Shown here: positions 27,052 to 34,947 of the stretch, piece after piece
How positions within the stretch are numbered: the first letter of the stretch is position 1
Layout: every line of letters begins with the position of its first letter
Assembly (NCBI GenBank): GCA_017881885.1
Contig: JADGQJ010000003.1
Location: 1-35,173 of the forward strand
Origin: Chloroflexota bacterium
GTDB taxonomy: Bacteria; Chloroflexota; Limnocylindria; Limnocylindrales; CSP1-4
DNA length: 35,173 nt
Reading direction: 5' to 3'
Program-made: the position numbers and the translations under genes
Notes under the pieces: generated by a model
What the model was told of the DNA's origin: nothing
The model's input: the letters and a program-made list of their open reading frames with translations, nothing else
Database searches by the model: none

Positions 27052-27148
27052 ACGCGCGACCGACACGTTTCGCCGTCCTTTGGCGTCGATAAGCGAGCGG
27101 TGTGTGATGATGCTCACCGCATTGTCGAATCAAATCCGAGGAGTGGTT

Positions 27149-27727
27149 ATGGGGCGGTCGATTCTGGGGTCCGTGCTCGCTGTCTTTCTGCTGGTTTCTG
27201 CTGCAGCCGCATGCCAGGGCACTGCCCCAACCCCGTCTCCGAGTCCCACCCCGACGCCAACTCCGACTGCTACTCCTTCGCCAACCCCGACCCCGACTGC
27301 GACCCCTTCCCCCTCGCCCACGATCGACCCAAAGGCAACTCCCACTCCCCTACCGACCGGAGCACCGGGGGCCTTCTTCGCCGTAAGGAAGTACGAGGAC
27401 GCGATCGTTGCCGGCGAATACGCGAAGGCATGGGGATTGCTCGGGAAAGTCACGCAGGCGAAGTGGGGCAATCTCGCCGCCTTCCAGAAGGACCGGGCCG
27501 CCTTCGTGGCGACCGCAGGCGTCGACTATCGGGAGGAGTTGAGCCCTCCCAACACCCTAACACTCAAGCAGTGGATCGAGGGCCTTTCCTGGGCATCCAG
27601 CATCGACCAGGCGCACGCCTACTTGGTCAGCGTCAAATGGACCTTCTTCACGAGCGACACCGCAGGCTGGGAGATCTGGGTCGCCAACCCCGGGAAGACC
27701 GGTTGGCTCCTCTATCAGGCTCGCTAG
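27149..27727 (+). CDS. Hypothetical lipoprotein with Pro/Thr/Ser linker
   Basis: GAGGAG RBS; signal peptide ending AAAAC; PT repeat linker; C-terminal domain with Y..A...G.Y..AW.LL pattern. Confidence 0.8.
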   Translation: MGRSILGSVLAVFLLVSAAAACQGTAPTPSPSPTPTPTPTATPSPTPTPTATPSPSPTIDPKATPTPLPTGAPGAFFAVRKYEDAIVAGEYAKAWGLLGKVTQAKWGNLAAFQKDRAAFVATAGVDYREELSPPNTLTLKQWIEGLSWASSIDQAHAYLVSVKWTFFTSDTAGWEIWVANPGKTGWLLYQAR

Positions 27728-27745
27728 CCTTTCTCCGACAGACGG

Positions 27746-29608
27746 CTAGGGCTTGCGCGCGCCGGTCTCTTCGGCCAGGCGATCGATGAAGGCGTCCCAG
27801 GTGACACCGTTCTCCTGCTCGCCGGCCCGGTTTCGAATCGAGACCGTTCGAGCCTCCACCTCCCGGTCGCCCATGACGAGCATGTAGGGCACCTTCTGCT
27901 CCTGGGCCAGGCGAATCTTGTTCTGCATCCGGCTGTCGGAGTCGTCCACCTCCACGCGGAGCTTCCGTGCGCTCAACAGGGCCCCCAATTCGCGAGCCGG
28001 TCCGCCGTGCCGATCGGCAATGGGGATTACGACGGCTTGAACCGGCGCGCACCAGACCGGGAAGGCTCCGGCGAAGTGCTCTACCAGCACGCCGATGAAT
28101 CGCTCGAGCGACCCGTAGATTGCGCGATGGATCGTCATCGGCCGGACGGCCTGTCCGTTCTCATCGATGTACGTACAGTCGAAACGTTCCGGCAGCATGA
28201 CCAGATCGACCTGGATCGTGGCTGTTTGCCACTCACGCCCAAGCGCGTCCTCGATCTGAATGTCGATCTTGGGTGCGTAGAATGCGCCGTCCTTGGGCTT
28301 GAGCCGGTACGGCTTGCCGAACGACTCGAGCGCTGCCGTGATCTGGGCCTCCGCCGTCTCCCACAGCGCAGGATCGCCCAGCGCCTTGTCGGGCCTCGTG
28401 CCGAAGGTGAAGCGCGGCTCCAAACCGAACCAGCCGTAGACCTCGTAGACCTCACCCAGCAACGCCCTTATCTCTTCCTGGAGCTGGTCGGGGCGGAGGT
28501 AGATGTGGGCGTCGTCCTGGACGAAATGGCGGACGCGGGTCAAGCCGGAAAGGGTCCCAGAGCGCTCGTTGCGGTGCAGTCGGCCGAACTCGGACAAACG
28601 CAGCGGCAGGTCGCGATATGAGCGCAACTTGCTCTTGTAGATGAAGGTGCTCTCGGGACAGTTCATCGGCTTGAGGCTAAAGGTCTGGCCTTCGGACTCG
28701 AGGACGAACATGCTGTCTTTGTAGTTGGCCCAGTGGCCCGACTGCTCCCACAGCTTCTTGTGGACGAGCATCGGGGTGCTCACCTCCTGGTACCCGCGGC
28801 GATCCTGGACTTCCCGGATTGCGGTCTCGAGGGTTCGCCACAGCCGCTGGCCCTTCGGGTGCCAGAAGGCCGAGCCTGGGGACACGTCATGGAAGCTGAA
28901 TAGGTCGAGCTGGACGCCGAGGCGGCGATGGTCGCGGCGCTTGGCCTCTTCGCGCCGCAGCAGGTAGGCGTCGAGCTCGGCTTGAGTCGACCAAACGGTG
29001 CCGTAGATGCGTTGCAGCATCGGGCGCTTCTCGGAGCCCCGCCAGTACGCGCCGGCCACGGTCATCAGCTTGAACGGCCCGATCTTGCCCGTGCTCGCCA
29101 CGTGCGGGCCTTTGCACAGGTCGGTGAACGCACCGTGTGAATACGTGGAGGTCGGCGGCAGCGGCTCGCCGGTCTCTTTAGCTCGAGCAGCAAGGTCGTC
29201 GAGGATCTCGACCTTGAACGGCTGGTTGACACTCTCGAAGTAGGCTCGGCCTTCGGCGAAGGGAAACTCCTTGCGCACGAAGGCGTGGTCGGCGGCAATC
29301 GAGGTCCGCATGCCGTCCTCTATGGCGGCGAGGTCGTCTGGCGTGAGCGGCCGCGGCAGCAGAAAGTCGTAGTAGAAGCCGTCCTCGATCGACGGCCCGA
29401 TGCCGAGCTGGGCGTCGGGGAAGATCCCCTGCACAGATTCGGCCATCACATGGGCGGCCGAATGGCGCATGGCATCGATGTCGGAGTGTGCGCCGGCGTC
29501 GAGGAGTTCCTCCACCGAGCCCCGCTCGACTGTATCGAAGAACTCCTCCGGCTCCGCCGACGCCGGTCCGACTGCCTTTGCTGCCTCGCTCTGTACTTCG
29601 TTAGCCAT
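27746..29608 (-). CDS. thrS: Threonine--tRNA ligase (appears to lack the N-terminal TGS domain)
   Basis: RHSAAH, IGP.IEDGFYYDF, DLCKGPH, GAYWRG, RDHR.LG, LKPMNCP, GLTRVR.F.QDDAH, GAFYAPKID, HRAIYGS.ERF. Confidence 0.98.
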   Translation of the reverse strand: MANEVQSEAAKAVGPASAEPEEFFDTVERGSVEELLDAGAHSDIDAMRHSAAHVMAESVQGIFPDAQLGIGPSIEDGFYYDFLLPRPLTPDDLAAIEDGMRTSIAADHAFVRKEFPFAEGRAYFESVNQPFKVEILDDLAARAKETGEPLPPTSTYSHGAFTDLCKGPHVASTGKIGPFKLMTVAGAYWRGSEKRPMLQRIYGTVWSTQAELDAYLLRREEAKRRDHRRLGVQLDLFSFHDVSPGSAFWHPKGQRLWRTLETAIREVQDRRGYQEVSTPMLVHKKLWEQSGHWANYKDSMFVLESEGQTFSLKPMNCPESTFIYKSKLRSYRDLPLRLSEFGRLHRNERSGTLSGLTRVRHFVQDDAHIYLRPDQLQEEIRALLGEVYEVYGWFGLEPRFTFGTRPDKALGDPALWETAEAQITAALESFGKPYRLKPKDGAFYAPKIDIQIEDALGREWQTATIQVDLVMLPERFDCTYIDENGQAVRPMTIHRAIYGSLERFIGVLVEHFAGAFPVWCAPVQAVVIPIADRHGGPARELGALLSARKLRVEVDDSDSRMQNKIRLAQEQKVPYMLVMGDREVEARTVSIRNRAGEQENGVTWDAFIDRLAEETGARKP

Positions 29609-29653
29609 GTCGCCAGCCCGCCTTCGCTACCGCCGCCCGATGGTCGTTGATCG

Positions 29654-29905
29654 AAACACAAAACCTCCCGTCCGACAGGACGAGAGGTTTCTCTCGCGGT
29701 TCCACCCGCCTTCGCGCCGCCTGGCTCCTCGCCCGACGCCGCGCGCTCCTTCCGCTCTAACGGGCGGAGCCCGGGCCGGTTCTCCGGCCGCTCACGGTTG
29801 GTGCTCGCGCCGGCGACGACCGTCATCGATCTCAGCGGTGGCCTAGGCCACCTCGACGACTCTCTTGGATCTTGCCGGCGAAGCGTGTCCCGCTCGTCGC
29901 TTTCG
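29654..29905 (-). promoter_or_regulatory. T-box riboswitch, Thr-specific (ACC specifier), transcriptional type
   Basis: T-box AAGGCGGGUGGAACCGCG (29712-29695). Terminator AAACCUCUCGUCC-UGUC-GGACGGGAGGUUU followed by UGUGUUU. Stem I with AGAGAG, GCUGAGA, and specifier ACC at 29802-29800. Confidence 0.92.
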
Positions 29906-29941
29906 ATATGGATTTGGTCGGCGCCGCTTGCGCGGCTCCGA

Positions 29942-30018
29942 TGGTGGGCGGTAGAGGACTTGAACCTCTGGCCTCATGCATGTCAAGCATGCGCTCTAAC
30001 CAACTGAGCTAACCGCCC
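29942..30018 (-). tRNA. tRNA-Val (GAC)
   Basis: 77 nt, GGGCGGTTAGCTCAGTTGGTTAGAGCG...CATGC-TT-GAC-AT-GCATG...GGTTCAAGTCC...CCGCCCACCA; CCA is encoded. Confidence 0.98.
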
Positions 30019-30031
30019 GGGTGCGCGCCGC

Positions 30032-30037
30032 ATCATA
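30032..30037 (-). promoter_or_regulatory. -10 element (TATGAT) for tRNA-Val/T-box/thrS
   Basis: TATGAT followed by a GC-rich discriminator, 13 nt before the tRNA 5' end. Confidence 0.55.
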
Positions 30038-30096
30038 ACGCATCGGCCCGGCTGGGCGCCGAGCGTGGTTTGTCGGGCGCCTCAGCGCCGATCGGA

Positions 30097-31662
30097 CTAT
30101 CCGCGGTAGCGCCAGACTTCTCCGATAGGCAGCGTCGCGACCAGGTCGTAGTGCGACTGGATGAAGGATTGCAGTGGCGCGAGGGCCGCGTAGTAGGTCC
30201 GCAGCGGGTTCGTCATAGCCGCCGACTGATTGAGTGGATAGAGCCCGATGAGGTCCGGATTCGTCGCGCGGCTTGCCACAACCAGACGGGGCGGATGCGC
30301 CGTCCACTGATCCAGCATCGTTGCTACCGCCTTCTGGTCATAGCCGGGCATGATGAGCGGATGGATCTGGAGGTATGGACCGGCCGGCTGACGATCGGAT
30401 CGCAGGTAGAGGTCCGGGTCGGTTCCCCAGACGTAGATCGTGTCACCCGGTGCGGAGTTGGCACGTATGTACGCCGCAAGGTTGGCGTTCGCGGCGAGTT
30501 GCGGGTCGTTCGAAGGGGTGGGGAGCGATTGCCACAGGAGTCCGGCTGCAACCGAGGCGCACAGAGCGACGGTGAGGACCGCTCGGCTGATCCGCGGACG
30601 TTCGACCCAGAGGGTGCAAAGCGTGAAGCCAAACAGCACGATGAGCGGCGGCACGATCAACAACAGATAGCGGGCATAGAACCGCTGACCGAACCCGAGT
30701 AGCGCCAGCTCGGCCACGAGCCAGACCAACATCGCCCGGGCGAAGTTCGACCGCAGGACGTTCAGTCCAAGCAGATAGCCGCGAGCAGTCGGGGTCAGGC
30801 AAATGATGAGCGTCGGGAACCAAAGAGGCCAAACGTCGAGGATCCCGCGGACCCAGGCCCGGGGCTGGAGGTGGCCCGCGGCCCGATACAGGCTCTGGTA
30901 GTGAACGAAAGCATCGATGGCGGCCGGCACGGCCCCACCGGCGAGCACCGTCCACCAGACCACCAGGGAGACCATGGCCGCGGCGGCGATAGCAGCGCCA
31001 AGGCGTCCGTCCAGAACCCGCCGACGGAGCCACGTTCGCATGTTGGATCGCGTCGGTGGATACAAAGCACCATCAATGGGGATCGACAGCCAGAGAACGG
31101 CCAGAGCCGGCACGGCCCCGGCGGTAAGGAACGATGAGCCGACCGCGAGAGCGAAGGTGGCGCCCGCGGCGGCCGGCCATATGAGGCTCCGGCGTCCGAG
31201 GACGATCCCGGCGATGATCGCGAAACAGACGGCAAGCCAGGCCACGCCGAACAGCTCCGACATTCCGCCGCCGTAGCTGAGCGCGGGCAACGAGAGACCG
31301 CCGGCGAGGGCTACGACGGTCGCGACGCCGACCCAAAACCTGGAATAGACGGTCGCAACGAGCCAGCCACCAGCCGTAGCCGCGGCAGCGATCGCCACGA
31401 CAGTCAAGGCCTGCATCGATACGGTCGTATCGCCCGGATCGAGGATCCAGGCGAGAGCGCCCACGAGGTAGATCGCCGGCGGTTTGTAGTCCCAGATGCC
31501 GAGGAACGGCGGCCGCCCCTCGAGCATCCCGCGACCGATGACGACCCAGATGCTGGCGTCGTGGGATGCCGGACGCGGCTGCGTGACGAACACGGCGGCG
31601 GCGACAGCGGCCGCAAGAAGCGTCACGAGTCCCCATCGCAACCGCGAATTCGAGATGGACAA
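30097..31662 (-). CDS. GT-C fold membrane glycosyltransferase (ArnT/PMT-like, family 39/83)
   Basis: HDA..W...GR.ML.G..P....WDYKPP.IY loop after TM1, many TM helices, C-terminal extracytoplasmic domain (D.IYVWG..P.LY..SDR). GGAGG RBS before TTG 31662. Confidence 0.8.
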   Translation of the reverse strand: MSISNSRLRWGLVTLLAAAVAAAVFVTQPRPASHDASIWVVIGRGMLEGRPPFLGIWDYKPPAIYLVGALAWILDPGDTTVSMQALTVVAIAAAATAGGWLVATVYSRFWVGVATVVALAGGLSLPALSYGGGMSELFGVAWLAVCFAIIAGIVLGRRSLIWPAAAGATFALAVGSSFLTAGAVPALAVLWLSIPIDGALYPPTRSNMRTWLRRRVLDGRLGAAIAAAAMVSLVVWWTVLAGGAVPAAIDAFVHYQSLYRAAGHLQPRAWVRGILDVWPLWFPTLIICLTPTARGYLLGLNVLRSNFARAMLVWLVAELALLGFGQRFYARYLLLIVPPLIVLFGFTLCTLWVERPRISRAVLTVALCASVAAGLLWQSLPTPSNDPQLAANANLAAYIRANSAPGDTIYVWGTDPDLYLRSDRQPAGPYLQIHPLIMPGYDQKAVATMLDQWTAHPPRLVVASRATNPDLIGLYPLNQSAAMTNPLRTYYAALAPLQSFIQSHYDLVATLPIGEVWRYRG

Positions 31663-31691
31663 GACCTTCCTCCGCCGGACAAACGGGCCCG

Positions 31692-31700
31692 ATCTTAGCA
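31692..31700 (-). promoter_or_regulatory. Extended -10 promoter for the glycosyltransferase gene
   Basis: TG-C-TAAGAT about 30 nt upstream of the TTG start. Confidence 0.5.
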
Positions 31701-31770
31701 TCCGTGTCCGCGCTTCGGGGATCGGTCACCTCAGTGCCTGCCAGAAGGGTCCCGAGTCCTCAGATCCGCC

Positions 31771-32847
31771 CTATCCAAGCCAGATCTGGCCGCCGACCTG
31801 ATCGAACGGAACCGGCGAGTTGAAGAGCGGCGCCCACTCTCCCTGTTCCCACCCGTATCCGAGCTCATGGATGTCGCCCACCGTGCCGTCTGGAGATTCG
31901 GTGCCCGACAACATGGCGACACGGGAGTTGTCGCCGCTGAGGGCAACGTCCCACACGACCTGCGACGGCTTCAGGGTAGCGACCGCGGCCGGTACCCTGC
32001 CCGCCAGCCACTCGGAAATAGGTGCCACGTACACGCCCGACTCGGTCGCCGCCACGAGTCTCTTGCGATCAGGCGACACCGCGAAGACCCGCACGCCCGT
32101 CAGCCCCTGGAGCAAGGCGACGGTGCCTTTCGCCGGGTCGATCACCGCAAGCCGAGATATCTGGCGGTTGTCCGTCGACAACGCGACCACCCTGGACTCG
32201 TCCAGCCATGCGACCGACGGCCCGAACGGTGACGCGGGCGTGGGCGTCAATGGGCTTCCGGCTCCCTTACCACTTACCACCGCGAAGTTGAGCCCATCAG
32301 CATCCGCGATGGCGATGATCGCCTTCCCCGAGTCGGAACTGTCCACGCACACAACCGTCCCAAGGGATACCTGCGCCGACCAATTCACACCGAGCGACAT
32401 GCGCCGATCCTGCGGTGTGGCGAGGTCGCGGTATTCCAGCGAGCTTCTCGTGGCGAGCGTGACCTTCATGCCGTCCCGGGCGATTGCAGTCACGCCGGGA
32501 GTCTTTGTGCCGCGTGTCCAGGTTCCATCGTCGGCGTAGGTCCACAGCCCCGCCTCCTCGTTTGAAGCGTTGCCGAGAACCAGGAGTTGCGGAATGCCGG
32601 CGCCGGGAGACACGGCGGACGGCGCGCTCGTGCCGGAAGGCACGGCACTGACCACAGCCGTGGGCACTGCTACGGCCGTGGGCACGGCTACGCCCGTCGG
32701 CACCGCTGCGGTCGTGGGTGCGCCGGAGTTGACGACCGAGGCGCAGCCGGTCACCGCGACACAAAGTGCAGCCGCGATCGGCGCGTAGGGCCGCAGGACC
32801 GCACAGGCATGGTCGTTTACGCGACCCACGAAACCCCCGAGATACAT
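31771..32847 (-). CDS. Hypothetical lipoprotein, AVPT-repeat linker and probable beta-propeller domain
   Basis: AAGGGG RBS; lipobox-like VTGC; AVPTxV repeats; beta-strand-rich body with AWLD.SR, AVSPD.KRL and ALS.D.SRVA motifs like TolB/WD40-type blades. Confidence 0.75.
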   Translation of the reverse strand: MYLGGFVGRVNDHACAVLRPYAPIAAALCVAVTGCASVVNSGAPTTAAVPTGVAVPTAVAVPTAVVSAVPSGTSAPSAVSPGAGIPQLLVLGNASNEEAGLWTYADDGTWTRGTKTPGVTAIARDGMKVTLATRSSLEYRDLATPQDRRMSLGVNWSAQVSLGTVVCVDSSDSGKAIIAIADADGLNFAVVSGKGAGSPLTPTPASPFGPSVAWLDESRVVALSTDNRQISRLAVIDPAKGTVALLQGLTGVRVFAVSPDRKRLVAATESGVYVAPISEWLAGRVPAAVATLKPSQVVWDVALSGDNSRVAMLSGTESPDGTVGDIHELGYGWEQGEWAPLFNSPVPFDQVGGQIWLG

Positions 32848-32862
32848 GCGTCCCCTTTCTGG

Positions 32863-32899
32863 GTCGGTCCGCGGGCCCAGCAGGCGGCCGCGGACCGAC
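32863..32899. other. Perfect 12-bp intercistronic stem-loop
   Basis: GTCGGTCCGCGG (32863-32874) pairs with CCGCGGACCGAC (32888-32899); no U-tract. Confidence 0.7.
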
Positions 32900-32909
32900 T
32901 ATTCCAGGA

Positions 32910-33836
32910 CTACTCCACGAAGTCGCCGCCGATGATGTTCCCGTCACCCGCGTCGACGAACAGAGTCATCAACCACATGGAGTTCGCCGCGTCGCCCGAT
33001 GGCTTGACTTCGGTGACCCAGGCCAGGCGATATGGCACAGACGTGTTGGCCGTCAGCGACGGGTCGAAAGCACCGTTAGGCTCCACCCATTCAAGGGCGA
33101 CGCCCTGGATCGCATAGCCCGAGTGGCGCCCGGAGAACCACCGATCGAGGTTGTCCGACGCGGCATGCTTCGCGTTTTCGGCGTTGATCCGCTGACCAGG
33201 TGCGGGCCCCAGATCGTGCTCGACGCGAGACACGCTCTGAATGCGCCCGTCCGGCCAGACCTGGACCCGAGTCTCGTCGCCGCGGACTCGTATGCCGGCC
33301 ACGACCCGATCCCAATGAACCGTCCAACCGCCCGTGGCCTGATCGGCGTCCGTTGCACTCGGCGTTCCGAGCGTCAGACCGGCCGTCTGTGCTGATCGCT
33401 GCGCCGCGCGGATAGCGCCCGCGCCGCTCACTTTGAGAACGCCTCGCGGAGGGCTGTCCAGCCGGATCGCCGTGCGCAAGCGCCCGCTCTTGTCGAACTG
33501 GGTTATCGACGAGACCCGGCCCTTCGAGTCCAGTTCGGTCACTTCGTCGTACTCGGCCTGCTCGAAACCGTCTCGAACGTGCTTTCCTATTCGCTTGACG
33601 CCGACCGGGAAGCCGAGTGCGTTGCCCGTCTCGCCGGCTTGAGCCAGCAGCGTTGAGCTCGTACCCGCGTCGAGAACCGTTTCCTCACGGGCGAGCTTCC
33701 CCATGGGGTCCGGATCCGACGATGGCGCCTGTCTCGGCGCCGCCGCGAGCTGTCCCGCCGTGACCAGCAGACACACTGCCAGCGCACACGTACCAGCTGC
33801 CGTCTTGATAGAGCAGCGCACTCCTAGAAGTTGCAT
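32910..33836 (-). CDS. Secreted FTP/PepSY propeptide-like (YcdB/YcdC-like) protein without a catalytic domain
   Basis: GAGGTG RBS; signal peptide; W.V.W.RVVAGI.V.GD...V.V..DGRI.SV (FTP-like); INAE.AK.AA ... LAWV.EV ... VDA.DG.IIG (PepSY-like); no HExxH motif. Confidence 0.75.
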   Translation of the reverse strand: MQLLGVRCSIKTAAGTCALAVCLLVTAGQLAAAPRQAPSSDPDPMGKLAREETVLDAGTSSTLLAQAGETGNALGFPVGVKRIGKHVRDGFEQAEYDEVTELDSKGRVSSITQFDKSGRLRTAIRLDSPPRGVLKVSGAGAIRAAQRSAQTAGLTLGTPSATDADQATGGWTVHWDRVVAGIRVRGDETRVQVWPDGRIQSVSRVEHDLGPAPGQRINAENAKHAASDNLDRWFSGRHSGYAIQGVALEWVEPNGAFDPSLTANTSVPYRLAWVTEVKPSGDAANSMWLMTLFVDAGDGNIIGGDFVE

Positions 33837-34606
33837 GTCGGGCACCTCAGGGTCGGCTGGAGCGGCGTTCCGTCGTATTGGGGATTGCCCCACCAATTGG
33901 CCTGGAACGCCTCAGTTCCAACAGCCTCGTAGCCGCCGATGCTTGCGGCGTACGTGAAGGCCTCGGACAGCCACCGGGTGTGCGGCGCCCCGCCGTTCAT
34001 GTATCCCCAGAACGCCTTTTCGAAGCGAAGGCTCGAGCTGTCCCAGGTGTGTTTGACGTAGCTGAGGTAGAACTTGAACTCGGCCGACGTCTTGGTCTTG
34101 GCAATCTGGAACGCATTCGGCATCGTGCTCGAACTCGATCCAAGCATGCACGTCGACATGATCACGATGTTGTAGATGGTGCCGGCCGTGGCGGTCTTGA
34201 TCGCGCTGGACCGGACCATGTCCTTCGACGTATTGCACTTCCCGGTACCCGGATCCTGCAGGAAGGCGGAGTCGACATTCGGCGCCCCGCTCGCCGCCCA
34301 GTAGTTGTCGCCGTGGCTGTGCACATAGACCGCGTAGTCGTAGAACACGTTGCCCAGAAACGCTGAGCGCGTGAAGCCGGCACCGAGCGCCCCGGACACG
34401 GGGCTGAACCCGAGCTTCCCGAACTGCGAGACGGTCAGGCTGTAGTGCTGTTTGGGGTACGTGTCCGTGAAGCCCAGACACGTGGCCGCGAACGCGTCGG
34501 AGTTGGACCAGACGTGCGCGTTGTAGGCAGCGGCTGCCTGCACCGAAGCTCCGAGTGTCGAGGTCGCTAAGACGATCGAAACGAGCAATGTCGACGCTCG
34601 CTTCAT
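33824..34606 (-). CDS. Secreted caspase/gingipain-fold (clan CD) putative cysteine peptidase, DUF6345-like
   Basis: GGAGGAG RBS; Sec signal (..VQAAAA); strand+HG (AVYVHSHG, His98); strand+C (IVIMSTC, Cys153); F...FW..M helix, LSEAF..A helix, terminal WWGNP. Confidence 0.72.
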   Translation of the reverse strand: MKRASTLLVSIVLATSTLGASVQAAAAYNAHVWSNSDAFAATCLGFTDTYPKQHYSLTVSQFGKLGFSPVSGALGAGFTRSAFLGNVFYDYAVYVHSHGDNYWAASGAPNVDSAFLQDPGTGKCNTSKDMVRSSAIKTATAGTIYNIVIMSTCMLGSSSSTMPNAFQIAKTKTSAEFKFYLSYVKHTWDSSSLRFEKAFWGYMNGGAPHTRWLSEAFTYAASIGGYEAVGTEAFQANWWGNPQYDGTPLQPTLRCPTCNF

Positions 34607-34844
34607 GCGATCTCCTCCCATTCCGGCGGGCGGACGATTGCCTGCGGCGGGCTGGACGTGAGACGCGGCTCCTCGACGGTAGGGCTGCCTCCTTCACGCG
34701 AACATGAGCGGATCCGGGGTGATGGACTGGGGCGACCTCCCTTCAGCCGAGGCGACCACGCGCGTGCGCGGCCCAACGGACCGATTCCTTGCCCGACACC
34801 GAGCCCCGGACTTGCGCCGGTGGTCACAGCGAGCGGACGCCGGG

Positions 34845-34875
34845 AATGTAGGCCCCTCCGCTTACTTACGGCTTA
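34845..34875 (-). promoter_or_regulatory. Candidate promoter of the protease operon (-10 TACATT) with an 11-bp-spaced TAAGC direct repeat upstream
   Basis: TACATT at 34850-34845; GCTTA on + at 34860-34864 and 34871-34875. Confidence 0.35.
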
Positions 34876-34947
34876 TCTGGAGATCACCGCGCGAGGTCGC
34901 GACGCGCAGCGTCGCCCGATCACGCCCGGGCGGCTCGCACGAGGCCT

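Noticed and set aside
34700-34835. c-di-GMP-I or c-di-AMP riboswitch upstream of the secreted protease
   Set aside because: Only fragments (GGGCAA, a GCAA loop) match; the ordered consensus elements of either class are not present.
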